The notes beneath the pieces are model-generated. The model was not told where the DNA came from. It saw only the letters and a program-made list of their open reading frames with translations, and searched no databases. From Macrostomum lignano (Eukaryota), in the NCBI GenBank assembly GCA_002269645.1, contig NIVC01001174.1, positions 1-64,000 on the forward strand: DNA of 64,000 nucleotides, in the 5' to 3' direction. Positions 1-11,800 of this stretch are shown in pieces (position 1 is the first letter of the stretch; each line of letters opens with the position of its first letter). The translations under genes and the position numbers were made by a program.

Positions 1-385
1 GTTTCAGAGCAGGTCTGGGTTTCAGAGCAGTCTGGAGTTTCAGAGCAGGTCTGGGTTTCAGAGCAGGTCTGGGGGTTTCAGAGCAGGTCTGGGGTTTCAG
101 AGCAGGTCTGGGGGTTTCAGAGCAGGTCTGGGGGTTTCAGAGCAGGTCTGGGGGGTTTCAGAGCAGGTCTGGGGTTTCAGAGCAGGTCTGGGGGTTTCAG
201 AGCAGGTCTGGGGTTTCAGAGCAGGTCTGGGGGTTTCAGAGCAGGTCTGGGGTTTCAGAGCAGGTCTGGGGTTTCAGAGCAGGTCTGGGGGTTTCAGAGC
301 AGGTCTGGGGGTTTCAGAACAGCTCTGGGTTTCAGAACAGGTCTGGGGGTTTCAGAGCAGGTCTGGGGGTTTCAGAGTAGGTCTG
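1..385. repeat. Minisatellite, 19-22 bp unit GTTTCAGAGCAGGTCTGG(G)n, in an intron of the minus-strand gene at left
   Basis: Directly visible tandem copies; only the G-run length varies. Confidence 0.97.
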
Positions 386-424
386 GAAACCAGTGCATCA
401 GTCCCGGGTGTTTTTATCGGTCTG

Positions 425-595
425 GGCATCTGTGAATCAGGTTGGGGGTCTGTGAATAAGTCTGGGATCTGTGAATAAGTCTGGGGATTTGTGAATAAGT
501 CTGGGGATCTGTGAATAAGTCTGGGGATCTGTGAATAAGTCTGGGCATCTGTGAATCAGTCCGTAAATCTTGATTTAGTCTGTGAATCAGTCTGG
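425..595. repeat. Minisatellite, about 20 bp unit CTGTGAATAAGTCTGGGGAT
   Basis: Visible tandem copies; the source of the spurious ORF 414..626. Confidence 0.9.
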
Positions 596-645
596 TAAAA
601 AAACTGAATCCTAGGGCAGGTCTCAAGAAGCGAAGCGCAGCTCAC

Positions 646-1450
646 CATCGAGTCGTCTTCAGCTCCGGAGGCCAGCAACTGAAAAAGAATTGAACAGGAG
701 CGGACAAACGCACATCTTAGTCCTCAGAGCGAATTATTTTTTGTTAAAGTAAATCAATTAAGCGATCAATGAAACCACTTGGAATAACCTTCTTAAGCAA
801 CTCGCGAAATATTAGAAGAAATTGTACAGAAATTCCAGGCTACGAAAGTCGCGACAGTCGCGCCGAAAAATTTTAAAAAGCAGAAAAAACTCTACCGACT
901 AAAGTAAGGCAACAAAGCCCTTCCTTTGAAAAAGCAGAAGCAAATTTAACCCTCCGGACACCAAAAAAGGCTAAAACGAGAAAACAACAAAATTGCCTGT
1001 TCTAATTCTTGCTCTTCAAAGTCCGGCAATTGGCCCAATAAATTATCGATAGAATCTGACAGACAGGGAGAGCCTGACAGCCCGCTGGCCGCCTGATCTT
1101 TGCGACTTGATGGCTCCTCTAGAACAGACTCTTGCTGCTGCTGCGGCGGGTCCTGTTGAACTTCTGATGGAGCTGGCTGTTTGAGTTCAATATTAGCCGT
1201 ATGTATGAACCAATTAGACAGAGGAAAAGTTGTACACAAATTTATAAATGTTGTTAAAACTTTGACAAAATTGGCAAGAGAGCCACTATAGATGATAGAT
1301 AGATAGATAGATGATGGATAGATAGATAGATAGATAGATAGATGGATAGATAGATGGATAGATAGATAGATGGATATATAGATGATAGATAGATGGATAG
1401 ATAGATAGATGGATATATAGATAGATAGATGGATATATAGATAGTTATCT

Positions 1451-1493
<43 letters not shown>

Positions 1494-4400
1494 GACAGAA
1501 TGATAGATCCATAGATGATAGATAGATAGATAGATAGATAGATGATAGGCAGATAGATAGGCAGATAGGCAGATAGATATGCAGATAGGCAGATAGATAG
1601 GCAGATAGGCAGACAGATAGGCAGATGAATAGGCAGATATGCAGATAGATAGGCAGATGAATAGGCAGATATACAGATAGATAGGCAGATAGATATGCAC
1701 ATAGGCAGATGAATAGGCAGATATGCAGATAGATAGGCAGATAGATAGGCAGATAGGCAGACACTCACACGCTCAGTGCCGATCCCTGCTTCTTCTGCCG
1801 GCGGTTCCTCGCAGCCGCCTGGCACCTCAGCCCGTTCCTGCTCAGCCTCGCAGTCTCCCGCACTGGCCGAGGCGGCCTCTTCCAGCGCCTCAGGGTCGCA
1901 GTTGCCGTCTTCAACAGCGGGCAGGTGCTGTTTCTCCTCGCACCCGTTGACAGCCGCAGTTCCAGCCGGAGGCTCAGTCGCAGTGGCCTATCTGCCCCTG
2001 GCTGTTGTTGCCTAGCAACGGTGCTCGAACCGCCAGCGAATTGCAGGTGCAAATCGGCGCTGGGCAGCAGCACAGATTGGCGCTCGAACTCCGAGGCAGC
2101 CTGGTTGAACTGCGGGTACGGATCGGGCCCAGAGACAGTCAGGGCGGGGGGTCTTATAAAATGCTCACCAGGGAAGGGGGGCGGGCAGACAGACAAACAG
2201 GCCAGTGCAAACAACAACTGGCAATCTTCAAAGGGTTCAAAAAACTAGAATATAAAAGAACAGCCTGCGTTACCCCTGGACTGCAATTTGCGTAAATCAG
2301 CTGCAGTTGCTGCCGCTGAGGCCGCTCCAGTGCCGCTGGCGCTGTGACTCTGACAGTCTTTGGGCATGCCAGCTTTTGGCCAGAGAGACAGAGACAGGGA
2401 GAAACAGAGCCTTGCCAGTAACTTGGAAAGAGTCAAAATTGTATTGAACGGCTGGCTCTTATACTAAGCTTAGGCTATCTATAAAACTCAATACCCCGAT
2501 TGTTAATAAGCATTGAAGAGGCCAGTTATGCTAGCAGACTTCAGCTAGCTAACTAAAACATACAAATAGGATATGGCTGAAGAGAATATAAACTTTCTGC
2601 ATAGGGAGAGTGTAGCTTAGAGACAGGAAACTCGCCTTAGCGACCAAGACCAAGCAACAACAGCTGCTTAGTGTGCTTGGCCACTCCTAAGCTTTTTCCA
2701 CTACCTCTCTGTCGGGGTACCTCTTTCCTGAATGGACAGTTGGGGTCGGGTTAAGCTTTCTACTTAGCCATATTAAGCATTTTTTTCAAAGTCCAGCTCC
2801 TAACTGCAGATGTGTGAGCTTATCATGTACATGTGCAATGTCAGCTCTTCAGCTCCTAACTGCAGATGTGTGAGCTTATCATGTACATGTGCAATGTCAG
2901 CTCTTCAGCTCCTAACTGCAGATGTGTGAGCTTATCATGTACATGTGCAATGACAGCTCTTCAGCTCCTAACTGCAGATTTGTGAGCTTATCATGTACAT
3001 GTGCAATGACAGCTCTTCAGCTCCTAACTGCAGATTTGTGAGCTTATCATGTACATGTGCAATGACAGCTCTTCAGCTCCTAACTGCAGATTTGTGAGCT
3101 TATCATGTACATGTGCAATGACAGCTCTTCAGCTCCTAACTGCAGATTTGTGAGCTTATCATGTACATGTGCAATGACAGCTCTTCAGCTCCTAACTGCA
3201 GATTTGTGAGCTTATCATGTACATGTGCAATGACAGCTCTTCAGCTCCTAACTGCAGATGTGTGAGCTTATCATGTACATGTGCAATGACAGCTTTTCAG
3301 CTTACACAAGTGGCCGAGCAAATGATATTAGACGATTTCGCTATTTCTGTTTTTTTTATTAGAGGCAGGGGGGTTGTATACACCCTGGCGCACTTTAAGC
3401 GACATAGGCACACAACCGGCGAGAGCATTACTGCCCATTCCGCCGACTCCCCTGAGCAGGCATACAAGCGCGCGGATACGTACGCAGGCACACACTCACA
3501 CAGGAGTGTACAGCGGCCCTAACTTTATATTATTGTTAGGCATGTACACTTCACTGCGCCTTGGGGGTTGGCTCTCAAGGCCGTTAATTGCACGAGCAGA
3601 GCCAAGCCGAGATTCCAATTCAGCCCCAAATTAATGTGACTGCACTTGGAATCGAGCCCGGGTCGCTGGCACACCAGAGCAGCTGCGCTACCGCTGGGCT
3701 ACGGCCCCCCTCGCTATTTCTGTTATCTGGGTCAAAATTTTTTTAAGCAGGTTTTAAATTTGTTAATTGGTGGTGTAATTAACAATTAGGGTTGGGTGAG
3801 GTGAGAGAGTGTTAGCAAGTGCAATTAGGGTGTGGGTGAGAATGAGATGAGGGTTAGCAGGTGCAATTAGGGGTGGGTGAGGTGAGAGAGAGTTAGCAGG
3901 TGCAATTAGGGGTGGGTGAGAATGAGATGAGGGTTAGCAGGTGCAATTAGGGGTGGGTGAGGTGAGAGAGAGTTAGCAGGTGCAATTAGGGGTGGGTGAG
4001 ATAAGAGAGAGTTAGCAGGTGCAATTAGGGGCGGTGAGGTGAGAGAGAGTTAGCAGGTGCAATTAGGGGGGGTGAGGTGAGAGAGTTAGCAGCTGCAATT
4101 AGAGGTGGGTGAGGTGAGAGAGAGTTAGCAGGTGCAATTAGGGGTGGGTGAGGTAAGAGAGAGTTAGCAGGTGCAATTAGGGGCGGGTGAGGTGAGAGAG
4201 AGTTAGCAGGTGCAAATAGGGGTGGGTGAGGTGAGAGAGTTAGCAGCTGCAATTAGAGGTGGGTGAGGTGAGAGAGAGTTAGCAGCTGCAATTAGGGGTG
4301 GGTGAGATGAGGGTTAGCAGGTGCAATTTGGGTGTGAGGTGAGGTGAGAGAGAGTTAGCAGCTGCAATTAGGGGTGGGTGAGGTAAGAGAGAGTTAGCAG

Positions 4401-4826
4401 GTGCAGTTAGGGGTGGGTAAGGTGAGAGAAGTGTAGCCGATCAAGCAATAAAAGTGACACACAAGTAGACGCAGGTGAACACGGGCAGAAACTTACACTG
4501 TCATCTTCAGCCAGCCGCGGACTCGCACTAGAACGAGGCGATGTTGTCAAGAGTTCAGCATCAGCGGCGGGCGACTGCTCCAAACCGCTGTCGCAGGTGG
4601 TGGAGTCGGTGGCTACAATGGAGGCCTCGACAGCGTTGGCAGCGGCTGCAGCTGCATCAGCCAATGCAATGTCCCCATCAGCGCTAGCCTGGGTGACTCG
4701 ATTTGGAGGCAATCGAAATGTGGAACGGAATGAATTGCGATTAAATGATGGATTGGAGTCCACAACTGTGGCATTGGGCGCACTGTCATGCCGAAGATTG
4801 CTGCTCGAGTCAGTTTCCTCATCCAT
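646..4826 (-). CDS. Multi-exon gene of unknown function (acidic, low-complexity protein), continuing off the left end of the window
   Basis: Inferred exons: 4826-4497 (ATG; donor GTAAGT), 2372-2274 (uncertain), about 2152/2217-1769 (donor GTGAGT), 1176-997 (CTAAT branch point + CAG acceptor; GC donor), 678-646 (TTTTCAG acceptor, GTGAGC donor). The spliced 3' part reads GIGTER|PAPSEVQQD...EEQELEQ|LLASGAEDDSM. An apparent 1-nt frameshift lies near 1989. No family recognised. Confidence 0.6.
1289..1760. repeat. (GATA)n microsatellite grading into (GATAGGCA)n, intronic
   Basis: Directly visible. Confidence 0.95.
2794..3303. repeat. 56-bp tandem repeat, about 9 near-identical copies
   Basis: Unit CAGCTCCTAACTGCAGATGTGTGAGCTTATCATGTACATGTGCAATGACAGCTCTT; copies start at 2794 and 2850 (spacing 56). 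Confidence 0.97.
3640..3712 (-). mobile_element. tRNA-derived SINE head (different family from the 45.4k/58.4k copies)
   Basis: The reverse strand reads GGGGGGCCGTAGCCCAGCGGTAG...GGGCTCGATTCC, resembling Pol III A and B boxes; no complete cloverleaf seen. Confidence 0.45.
3783..4430. repeat. About 39-bp G-rich minisatellite (GTTAGCAGGTGCAATTAGGGGTGGGTGAGGTGAGAGAGA), in intron 1 of the unknown gene
   Basis: Visible tandem copies. Confidence 0.95.
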
Positions 4827-7729
4827 CACAGCGGATTGATGACTGGACAGCTGGACTGTAGCTGCCCCTTGTGACTTGCAGTATTTTAGTAATATTGGTC
4901 CAGCTTAGAAATTCATGAAAAATATTTTTATAGTATGAAAATTGCACAGGAAACTGTCTTATGATATATCTTTTTGCAAAATATAAAAAATCCCTTGATA
5001 GACCAGTTTATGATTCATTGAACACAATTCTTTAATAAGAAGAAACTTAGATATATATATTTAATTAAATAGAAAATTTTATAGTATTTTTATTATTAGG
5101 CCTAAGCCCTAAGGTCACAAATTTTCTTTTCATTTGACAAATCTGACAAATTTGAACAATGTAATTTCTAATTTTAAAATGCATCATTGTATCTATTGTA
5201 TATTTATGAATTGAATTTATATATTTATAACTTTATCAGAAAGCATAATTAAGACTAAGAGTTAGACTAGAGGTAAAATTTTAATAATATATGACTAGAC
5301 CCTATTTGAAAATAGAAGGTAGAGTTAGAATTTTAACCTAACTACTATTAATCATTTTGAGATAAACATAATTAGTGTAAGAAAACCTTTTAATAAAAAA
5401 AGTTAAGAGGTCTAATTATTACTATTGATGCAGTGTGCTTTGTTTTATAGTATAAGGCCTTCTAGTATAAGTATTAACATTTGTTCACAAAACATTTCCT
5501 AGAAAGTACTGTATTTGAATTTACACAAAAAATATTTTTATGTTTGTTTAAATGTTGTGAAATCAAATAATATTCTACCAAATAACTTTTTGTTTTAAAT
5601 ATACTATACAAGTAATATAAATAGGAGCCTAGAATGCGCCAGTGGAAATTAACTTGAAACTTCCCTGTTCACTGCAAATCGCAAGAATAATAGCCAATCT
5701 AGTTCTATTAAATCTTATTTGCAAAACTTTTAAAGACTTATTCATTTTCTAGAGTAAAGCCTCAAATTGGGAGTAGTATTGAAAAGCCCGCTAATCAGCC
5801 AGAAAGCACCTCAAGGCAGAAACATTGCTTTAAGGCAAGGAAAGAGAGCTTAAGGCTGTGACCCTCTGATCCAAGGAATGCCCAGGACTAAGAGATAGTA
5901 GGAATAGATAGTGCCATTAGACCGCTCAGGCCAATACATATGCAAATGCTACCATTAGATAAGTAAACACTACCAACAGAAATAGATAGATTTGTAGTCA
6001 TGCTCAGCCATTTGTGCAAAAGTTAATGTGCAAAATTAATTAAATTAAGTAATAAAATGTAGGAATTAGCCCTGCAACAGCTTTGGTGGCATTGTGAGAT
6101 TATTTATAAAGACAGAAGTAACCCCTATGTCACTATTGCTTAGATAAGTTAATAAAGAAATTAATACTGATTAATATTAATATTTGTATTTTTCTCAATT
6201 ATTATTTTATAAACTATGTAAGTATACAATTATTGCTATCAATATATAATTTAATTTAGGAAATCTAATAGTAATATAGTGAACAATACACAAAGTTTTA
6301 GTATATTGATAATTCATGGCTTATAATATATTCACAACCTATATTCCCAAAGATGCTATTTTTGAAGAAAATTCTTACATGCAACAAGGTCCTAAGTAGT
6401 TTAGTACTACATGCACAATGTGCATAAAACATTGGCAAAGTTTTTGGTATGCTCCTTGCAACAGCATATGCTATTTTTTGGGATGCCATAGCCTACTACT
6501 GTCAGAGTCATGCATTGTGCCACATAGGAATTTTTGGGGTCTTTACACATGACATGGCTATGATATTTTTTTAAAGTAAGTATTTTCAAATGACACTAAA
6601 ATATACATTGTTTTTTATTATATTAAGATAAAAAATTATTATTTTATTTAGGTCACTATAAAATATAAGCCTTTTTAAAATTGTCATTCATCTATACTTT
6701 TTTGTTTAAAAGTTTTGAATATATTTTCTAATATTGAGGACCTAGTATAGGCCTAGCCTTTGGCATATATATTATAACACATCCCCCCTAGTCCACTTGT
6801 CTATAAGCACACAATAGATATATTTGATCTAACTCTCCCATGTGCAACATGTGGGGGGTATTCTTGTATGCATAATGCATAGGCCTACATACTTAGGAGT
6901 AGGACTATGGTTCACAAAAAGCTAGCCTAAGCACAAAGCAGGCTTTATAGCCTAAGTTAAATAGGCCTAGAGGCTAATATAATAGAAATAACTAGGACCT
7001 ACTGGCTATTTATAGTCTAACTTTAAATTATTAAATTATATTAAAAAGTTTAGATTTAATTGAATTTACCTAAACAATCATTACAAAAACACTTCCAAAT
7101 ATTCAAAACTTGACTAGGCTATTTTGTTTAGGCCTTTAGTTAAAGTTTAAAAAAATTGAGTTATAAAAAGTGTATTTACTTAACAATTAACTGTAAATAA
7201 ACTATTTTTACAGATAGGCCACATAGGTGACAGCCTGATAGGAGTCATGAAGGATAGACATTGGCATATGCTGGTATGTGGAAAATTTCTAGCATGAAAT
7301 GATTTGGGTTTGCCAGTTTGGCAATTAGAAGATGGCTTTTAGCAACTTTAATTTAATATTTCTACTAGCATTATATTGGCCATAACTTCCATAAGAAGGC
7401 ATAAGAAGCTTTGCGGCATACATTGGCATAGAATTTTGATAAATGTTCAGGGCCAGGGCAGGCTAGGCATATCGCATATGACAATGTGATGTGATCCCAT
7501 CCCACTTATTCAAGTTATTGTATTATGGCAGATGAGATAGGCCTAGCCGCCAAAAATGTAATGCAAACGACTTACGAATAGCCTACGTCTTAAAAAATAT
7601 AGTCTGTGTAGTCGTACTAACTCAAAAATTCCTCAGAAATTAGTCATACTGTCGTATACTGATAAGCATAAGTCAATTACATAAAAGAAGATTAATCCAA
7701 AATAGTTAATAGCTTGAACGTTCTGAAAC

Positions 7730-7778
7730 CAAGGACGACTTAAGTAGACACTTAAATCGACTACTTAAGTCGTCCTTG
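7730..7778. other. Perfect 18-bp inverted repeat with 13-nt loop
   Basis: CAAGGACGACTTAAGTAG (7730-7747) and CTACTTAAGTCGTCCTTG (7761-7778) are exact reverse complements. Confidence 0.9.
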
Positions 7779-8196
7779 TCTGAAACACGCAGAGCTAAAA
7801 AAATAGATAAAATTTTAAATATTGCTTTCAAATACAGTAGTTTAATTTAAAAATAAAATTTACTCGTAAAAGACTTGATTATTTTATTCCAAAATATGAA
7901 GATTTTCTACCTATTTCGTTTAAACTTAGCTTTCCACGATATTAGTTTTTAAATGATATTCATTTTCATTTTACTAAACATTTTCATTCCTACTTAATAC
8001 GTATCAATAACTTATCAACTACGTTTCTTTTTCTTTCATTTTCTCTAGCCGCTTCAGTATCTTCAGCAAATATCGTACCATAATTGCATGAATATCGCTC
8101 CAGAATTATTAATGCAGCATACTTGTACTTTTTTGACAGTCGTCAACTGGAACTGACCGACTTTCACCAAAACTGAAAGCAGGTTCACATTATTGC

Positions 8197-8386
8197 CAGT
8201 AGCTCCGCCAGTCACAGATCAAATCAGTATTTCGCCCCTCCCCCTTAGGCGGAGACCCAAAAACAATCACAGGTGGGACCAAGCGAATTTTCGCCAAAAA
8301 ACAGAGCCACCCTCCGCCCCGCCCCCTCCCGGGACTTTACCCTCCAGAATCCGCCCCCCCTCAAAAAATATCTGGTTGCGCTACTG
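8197..8386. mobile_element. Short hAT-like MITE without internal repeat
   Basis: Imperfect TIRs CAGTAGCTCCGCCAG / CTGGTTGCGCTACTG. The right end, reverse-complemented, resembles the left end of the element at 10995. No TSD found. Confidence 0.45.
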
Positions 8387-8528
8387 CCGCTACATTTAAA
8401 TTAACCACGGCTACTTATTATTTCATAATAAAATTACGAAGACAAAAAAATGAATAATTTCAAACAAAATTGACACGTTACACACTAGTTATGGTTGACT
8501 TCAACGTCTGATACAATTACTTTTAATT

Positions 8529-8534
8529 TTTATT
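8529..8534 (-). promoter_or_regulatory. Candidate polyadenylation signal (AATAAA) for CTR9
   Basis: TTTATT on the + strand about 270 nt downstream of the CTR9 stop, in AT-rich sequence; could be chance. Confidence 0.3.
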
Positions 8535-8802
8535 TTAATACATGACCGTTTCGCAGTTGACGCAATCACTTCGCAATTTTTTTAAACACGACAATGAGTT
8601 CAAAATTTGTATTCAAGATACGCACTTGGGTATATTGTTTGCTATTAATTATTAAGAACAAATGTCAATGAACAAGCAAAAACAGTGACCACGACCCATC
8701 GAAACACGAACGCAGTCAAATTAATAAAAACCCCATTATTACAACTAAGATCTAAAAGTACACCGAAACACTGTCGAAATCGAGACACTGGAAATAAAGT
8801 CT

Positions 8803-11800
8803 TCAGTCCGAGTCCGAACCCGATGAGATTTTCGGCACCGCCACCTCGGCGTCCTCGTCATCATCGTCGTCGCTGGACAGCACCGCGGCGCGTCGTTTTG
8901 TCGGCGACACGTTAGCGGCACCCGCGGCGGTGACGGCGGCAGAATCGGCATCAGTAGCGGGTGCCACCGACGCCTCTTCGTCCGACTCGGAGCCGGATGA
9001 CAGCAGCTTCGAGCGCTGGACTCGAGACGCGACGCCCGTGTCCGAATCAGAGTCCGAGCCGCGACCTCGGCCGCCGCGGCCAGCTCCGGAATCGTCGCCG
9101 CTAGACGAACCGCCCGAGGACGAGTCGCCGCCACCGCCACCACCACCGCCGAAGATGCTGGCGGCTGTGCGAGCGGCCTCAGACGACATTTTCGATTTGC
9201 GTTTGTTGCGCTTCTGCTGCTTGACCCTGGCTTTGGCCTTGGCTTTGGACGACTTCTGCTGACGCTGCCGTTTGGCAGAGGACTCTGTGGTCACCTTGGA
9301 CTGCCTGCAGAGGAAATGCGCCGGCACAGTGGCATCTGGCTATGTTAGTCTCTTCAGACCAGGGCTCGGCAAACTCCAACCCGCGAAGCCTATTTATCCG
9401 GCCCTCGGGTGCTTTGAAACTTCACAATAGCAATTCGGCATTGTCTCTTCTCAGCTCTCTTCTTGTCTCTTCTTGGTTTGCCTCTTCTCAGCTCTCTTTT
9501 CTCTAATCTCGTCTCCTTTTCACCTCTCTTCAGCCTCCTCTCCTCCCCCTAGTCTTCCCTCTCCCCTCCTCTTCTCTCTCCTCTCCTATGTCCCCTCTTC
9601 TCCCCCTCTCCCCTCCTCTCCTTCTCTTTCCTCTCCCCCTCTCTCTCCTCTCCCTTCCTCTCCTCTCCCCTCGTCTCCACTCTCCTCTCTCTAGACTACA
9701 CTCTAGCGCTAGATTCTACGAGTGTATGTTTATCTAACCCTTAAGTTTAAAATAGTTTGCCTTTTTAAAACTTTTTAAATACCGCGCCAATCCGTTACAG
9801 CTCGGGTTTGATTCCCTACGCAATCATCAATAATTGTTGGCTCGTACAAAATTGCTGACCCGGGCAGGTGCAATTCACTTGTCACTTGCCTAACAATGAG
9901 AATATCAGGGCCGCTGTGCACCCTGCGTGAGATTGGGCCTGCCTACGCCGCAAAACTGCTTGCCTCATCGGTGGCTGCGAGTGGACTGTCACTTTTGCAG
10001 CAGTTGTCCCGAGCCCCCCATGACAGCAAATCAACAAACCTGCGCTTCCGCTTGCGACTCGCCGCACCGCCGCTGCTTCCGTCGTCGTCGTCAGACAAAT
10101 CCGAGGACGAGGAACCTGACGAATCCAGCGTCGGGACGGTCCTCGGCGGCGCGGCTGGCGGCGATGACTTCTTCGACTTGCCGCCGCCGTCGCCGCCCTC
10201 CTGACCATCCTCTTCGCCAGACGAGGAAGAAGACGACGAGCTGCCGCTGCTGCTGCTGACGAAGGCGCGCGATTTGACGTTCTCGCGCTGCCGCTTCGTC
10301 AGGCCGTCCTCGTCGTCGGCGGCGTTGGCCGAGGCGGCCTGTTGGCGACGCCGCTGCTTCGACTCGCCGCCGCCACCGCGTCGACGCTTCCGCTTGCCGC
10401 CGCCCTCTTCGTCGCCGCTGAGGTCGGCGGCAGCGGCGGAGCGTCGGCCACCTTTGCCGGAGCTGCTCGGAGGCTCCGCCATGTGCACCAGCGGCTCCTC
10501 CAGCAGCTTGCGATTCCGCTCTAGCACCAGCCGGCGGGCCTCACGGATGGCCTGCTCGCGCTCAGCCTCGCGCTGTCGCCTCTCCTCGGCCTCGCGCATC
10601 TCCTGTTCGCGCATAGCGGCCACCTTGGCCGCCTGCTCCTCCCTGGCCGCCCGTTCCCGCTCGTCCAGCAGGCGCGCCCGACGGACGTGATAATCGGCCT
10701 GGCGCAGCAGGTCCGCGCAGGCCACCGACTCGCGACCGGCGCCTGGGAAACTGACGCCGCCGCTGCTGGTGCCGCTAGCGGCCGCCTCGGCCAGCCAACG
10801 GAACGAGCGCTGGGCCAACTTGAGATCCTCAACGGCGGTTTGCACCTGGGCAGGTGATAGCGCGAATTTGCAATAATACTACTGATCTCAGAAGTAAAAA
10901 AACTAATTTGCTAATAAAAATTAAAATATAGTAAACTATATCTGTCAATGGCTTCCTCAAAAAAAACTCATTGGCTTTACAATTGGCAAATCAGCAGTGG
11001 CGTATAAAGAGATTTTTTTTGGAGGGGGTGCAACCCTAAGGAGCGGAAATATTTGGTCATAGTAGGCACCCCTGTCTCTTGCTGGGCGCCCTGTCTCTCG
11101 GGTGGCCGCCTGTCTCTCGGGTGGGCGCCCTGTCTCTCGGGTGAGCGCCCCTGTATCTTGGTGGGCGTCCCTGTCTCTCGGGTGGGCGCCCTGTCTCTCG
11201 GGTGAGCGCCCCTGTCTCTCGGGTGAGCGCCCCCGTCTCTCGGGTGAGCGCCCCTGTCTCTTGGTGGGCGCCCCGTCTCTCGGGTGAGCGCCCCTGTCTC
11301 TCGGGTGGCCGCCTGTCTCTCGGGTGGGCGCCCTGTCTCTCGGGTGAGCGCCCCTGTATCTTGGTGGGCGTCCCTGTCTCTCGGGTGGGCGCCCTGTCTC
11401 TCGGGTGAGCGCCCCTGTCTCTCGGGTGAGCGCCCCCGTCTCTCGGGTGAGCGCCCCTGTCTTTTGGTGGGCGCCCCCGTCTCTCGGGTGAGCGCCCCTG
11501 TCTCTCGGGTGGCCGCCTGTCTCTCGGGTGGGCGCCCTGTCTCTCGGGTGAGCGCCCCTGTATCTTGGTGGGCGTCCCTGTCTCTCGGGTGGGCGCCCTG
11601 TCTCTCGGGTGAGCGCCCCTGTCTCTCGGGTGAGCGCCCCTGTCTCTCGGGTGGGCGCCCCTGTCTCTCGGGTGGGCGCCCCTGTCTCTCGGGTGAGCAC
11701 CCCTGTCTGTTGGATGAGCACCCCTGTCTCTGTCTTCTATGCCGGTGGATGCATAGAAGAGATGGCAAAATTTGAGCACCTGTCATTCGTCCATCCCCCT

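Noticed and set aside
3783-4430. Interstitial telomere
   Set aside because: TTAGGG occurs only once per 39-bp unit, not as a (TTAGGG)n run.
9896-10690. Plus-strand ORFs antisense to CTR9 exons (also 8930-9262, 12805-13194, 14056-14607, 15044-15457)
   Set aside because: They are shadows of GC-rich CTR9 coding sequence.
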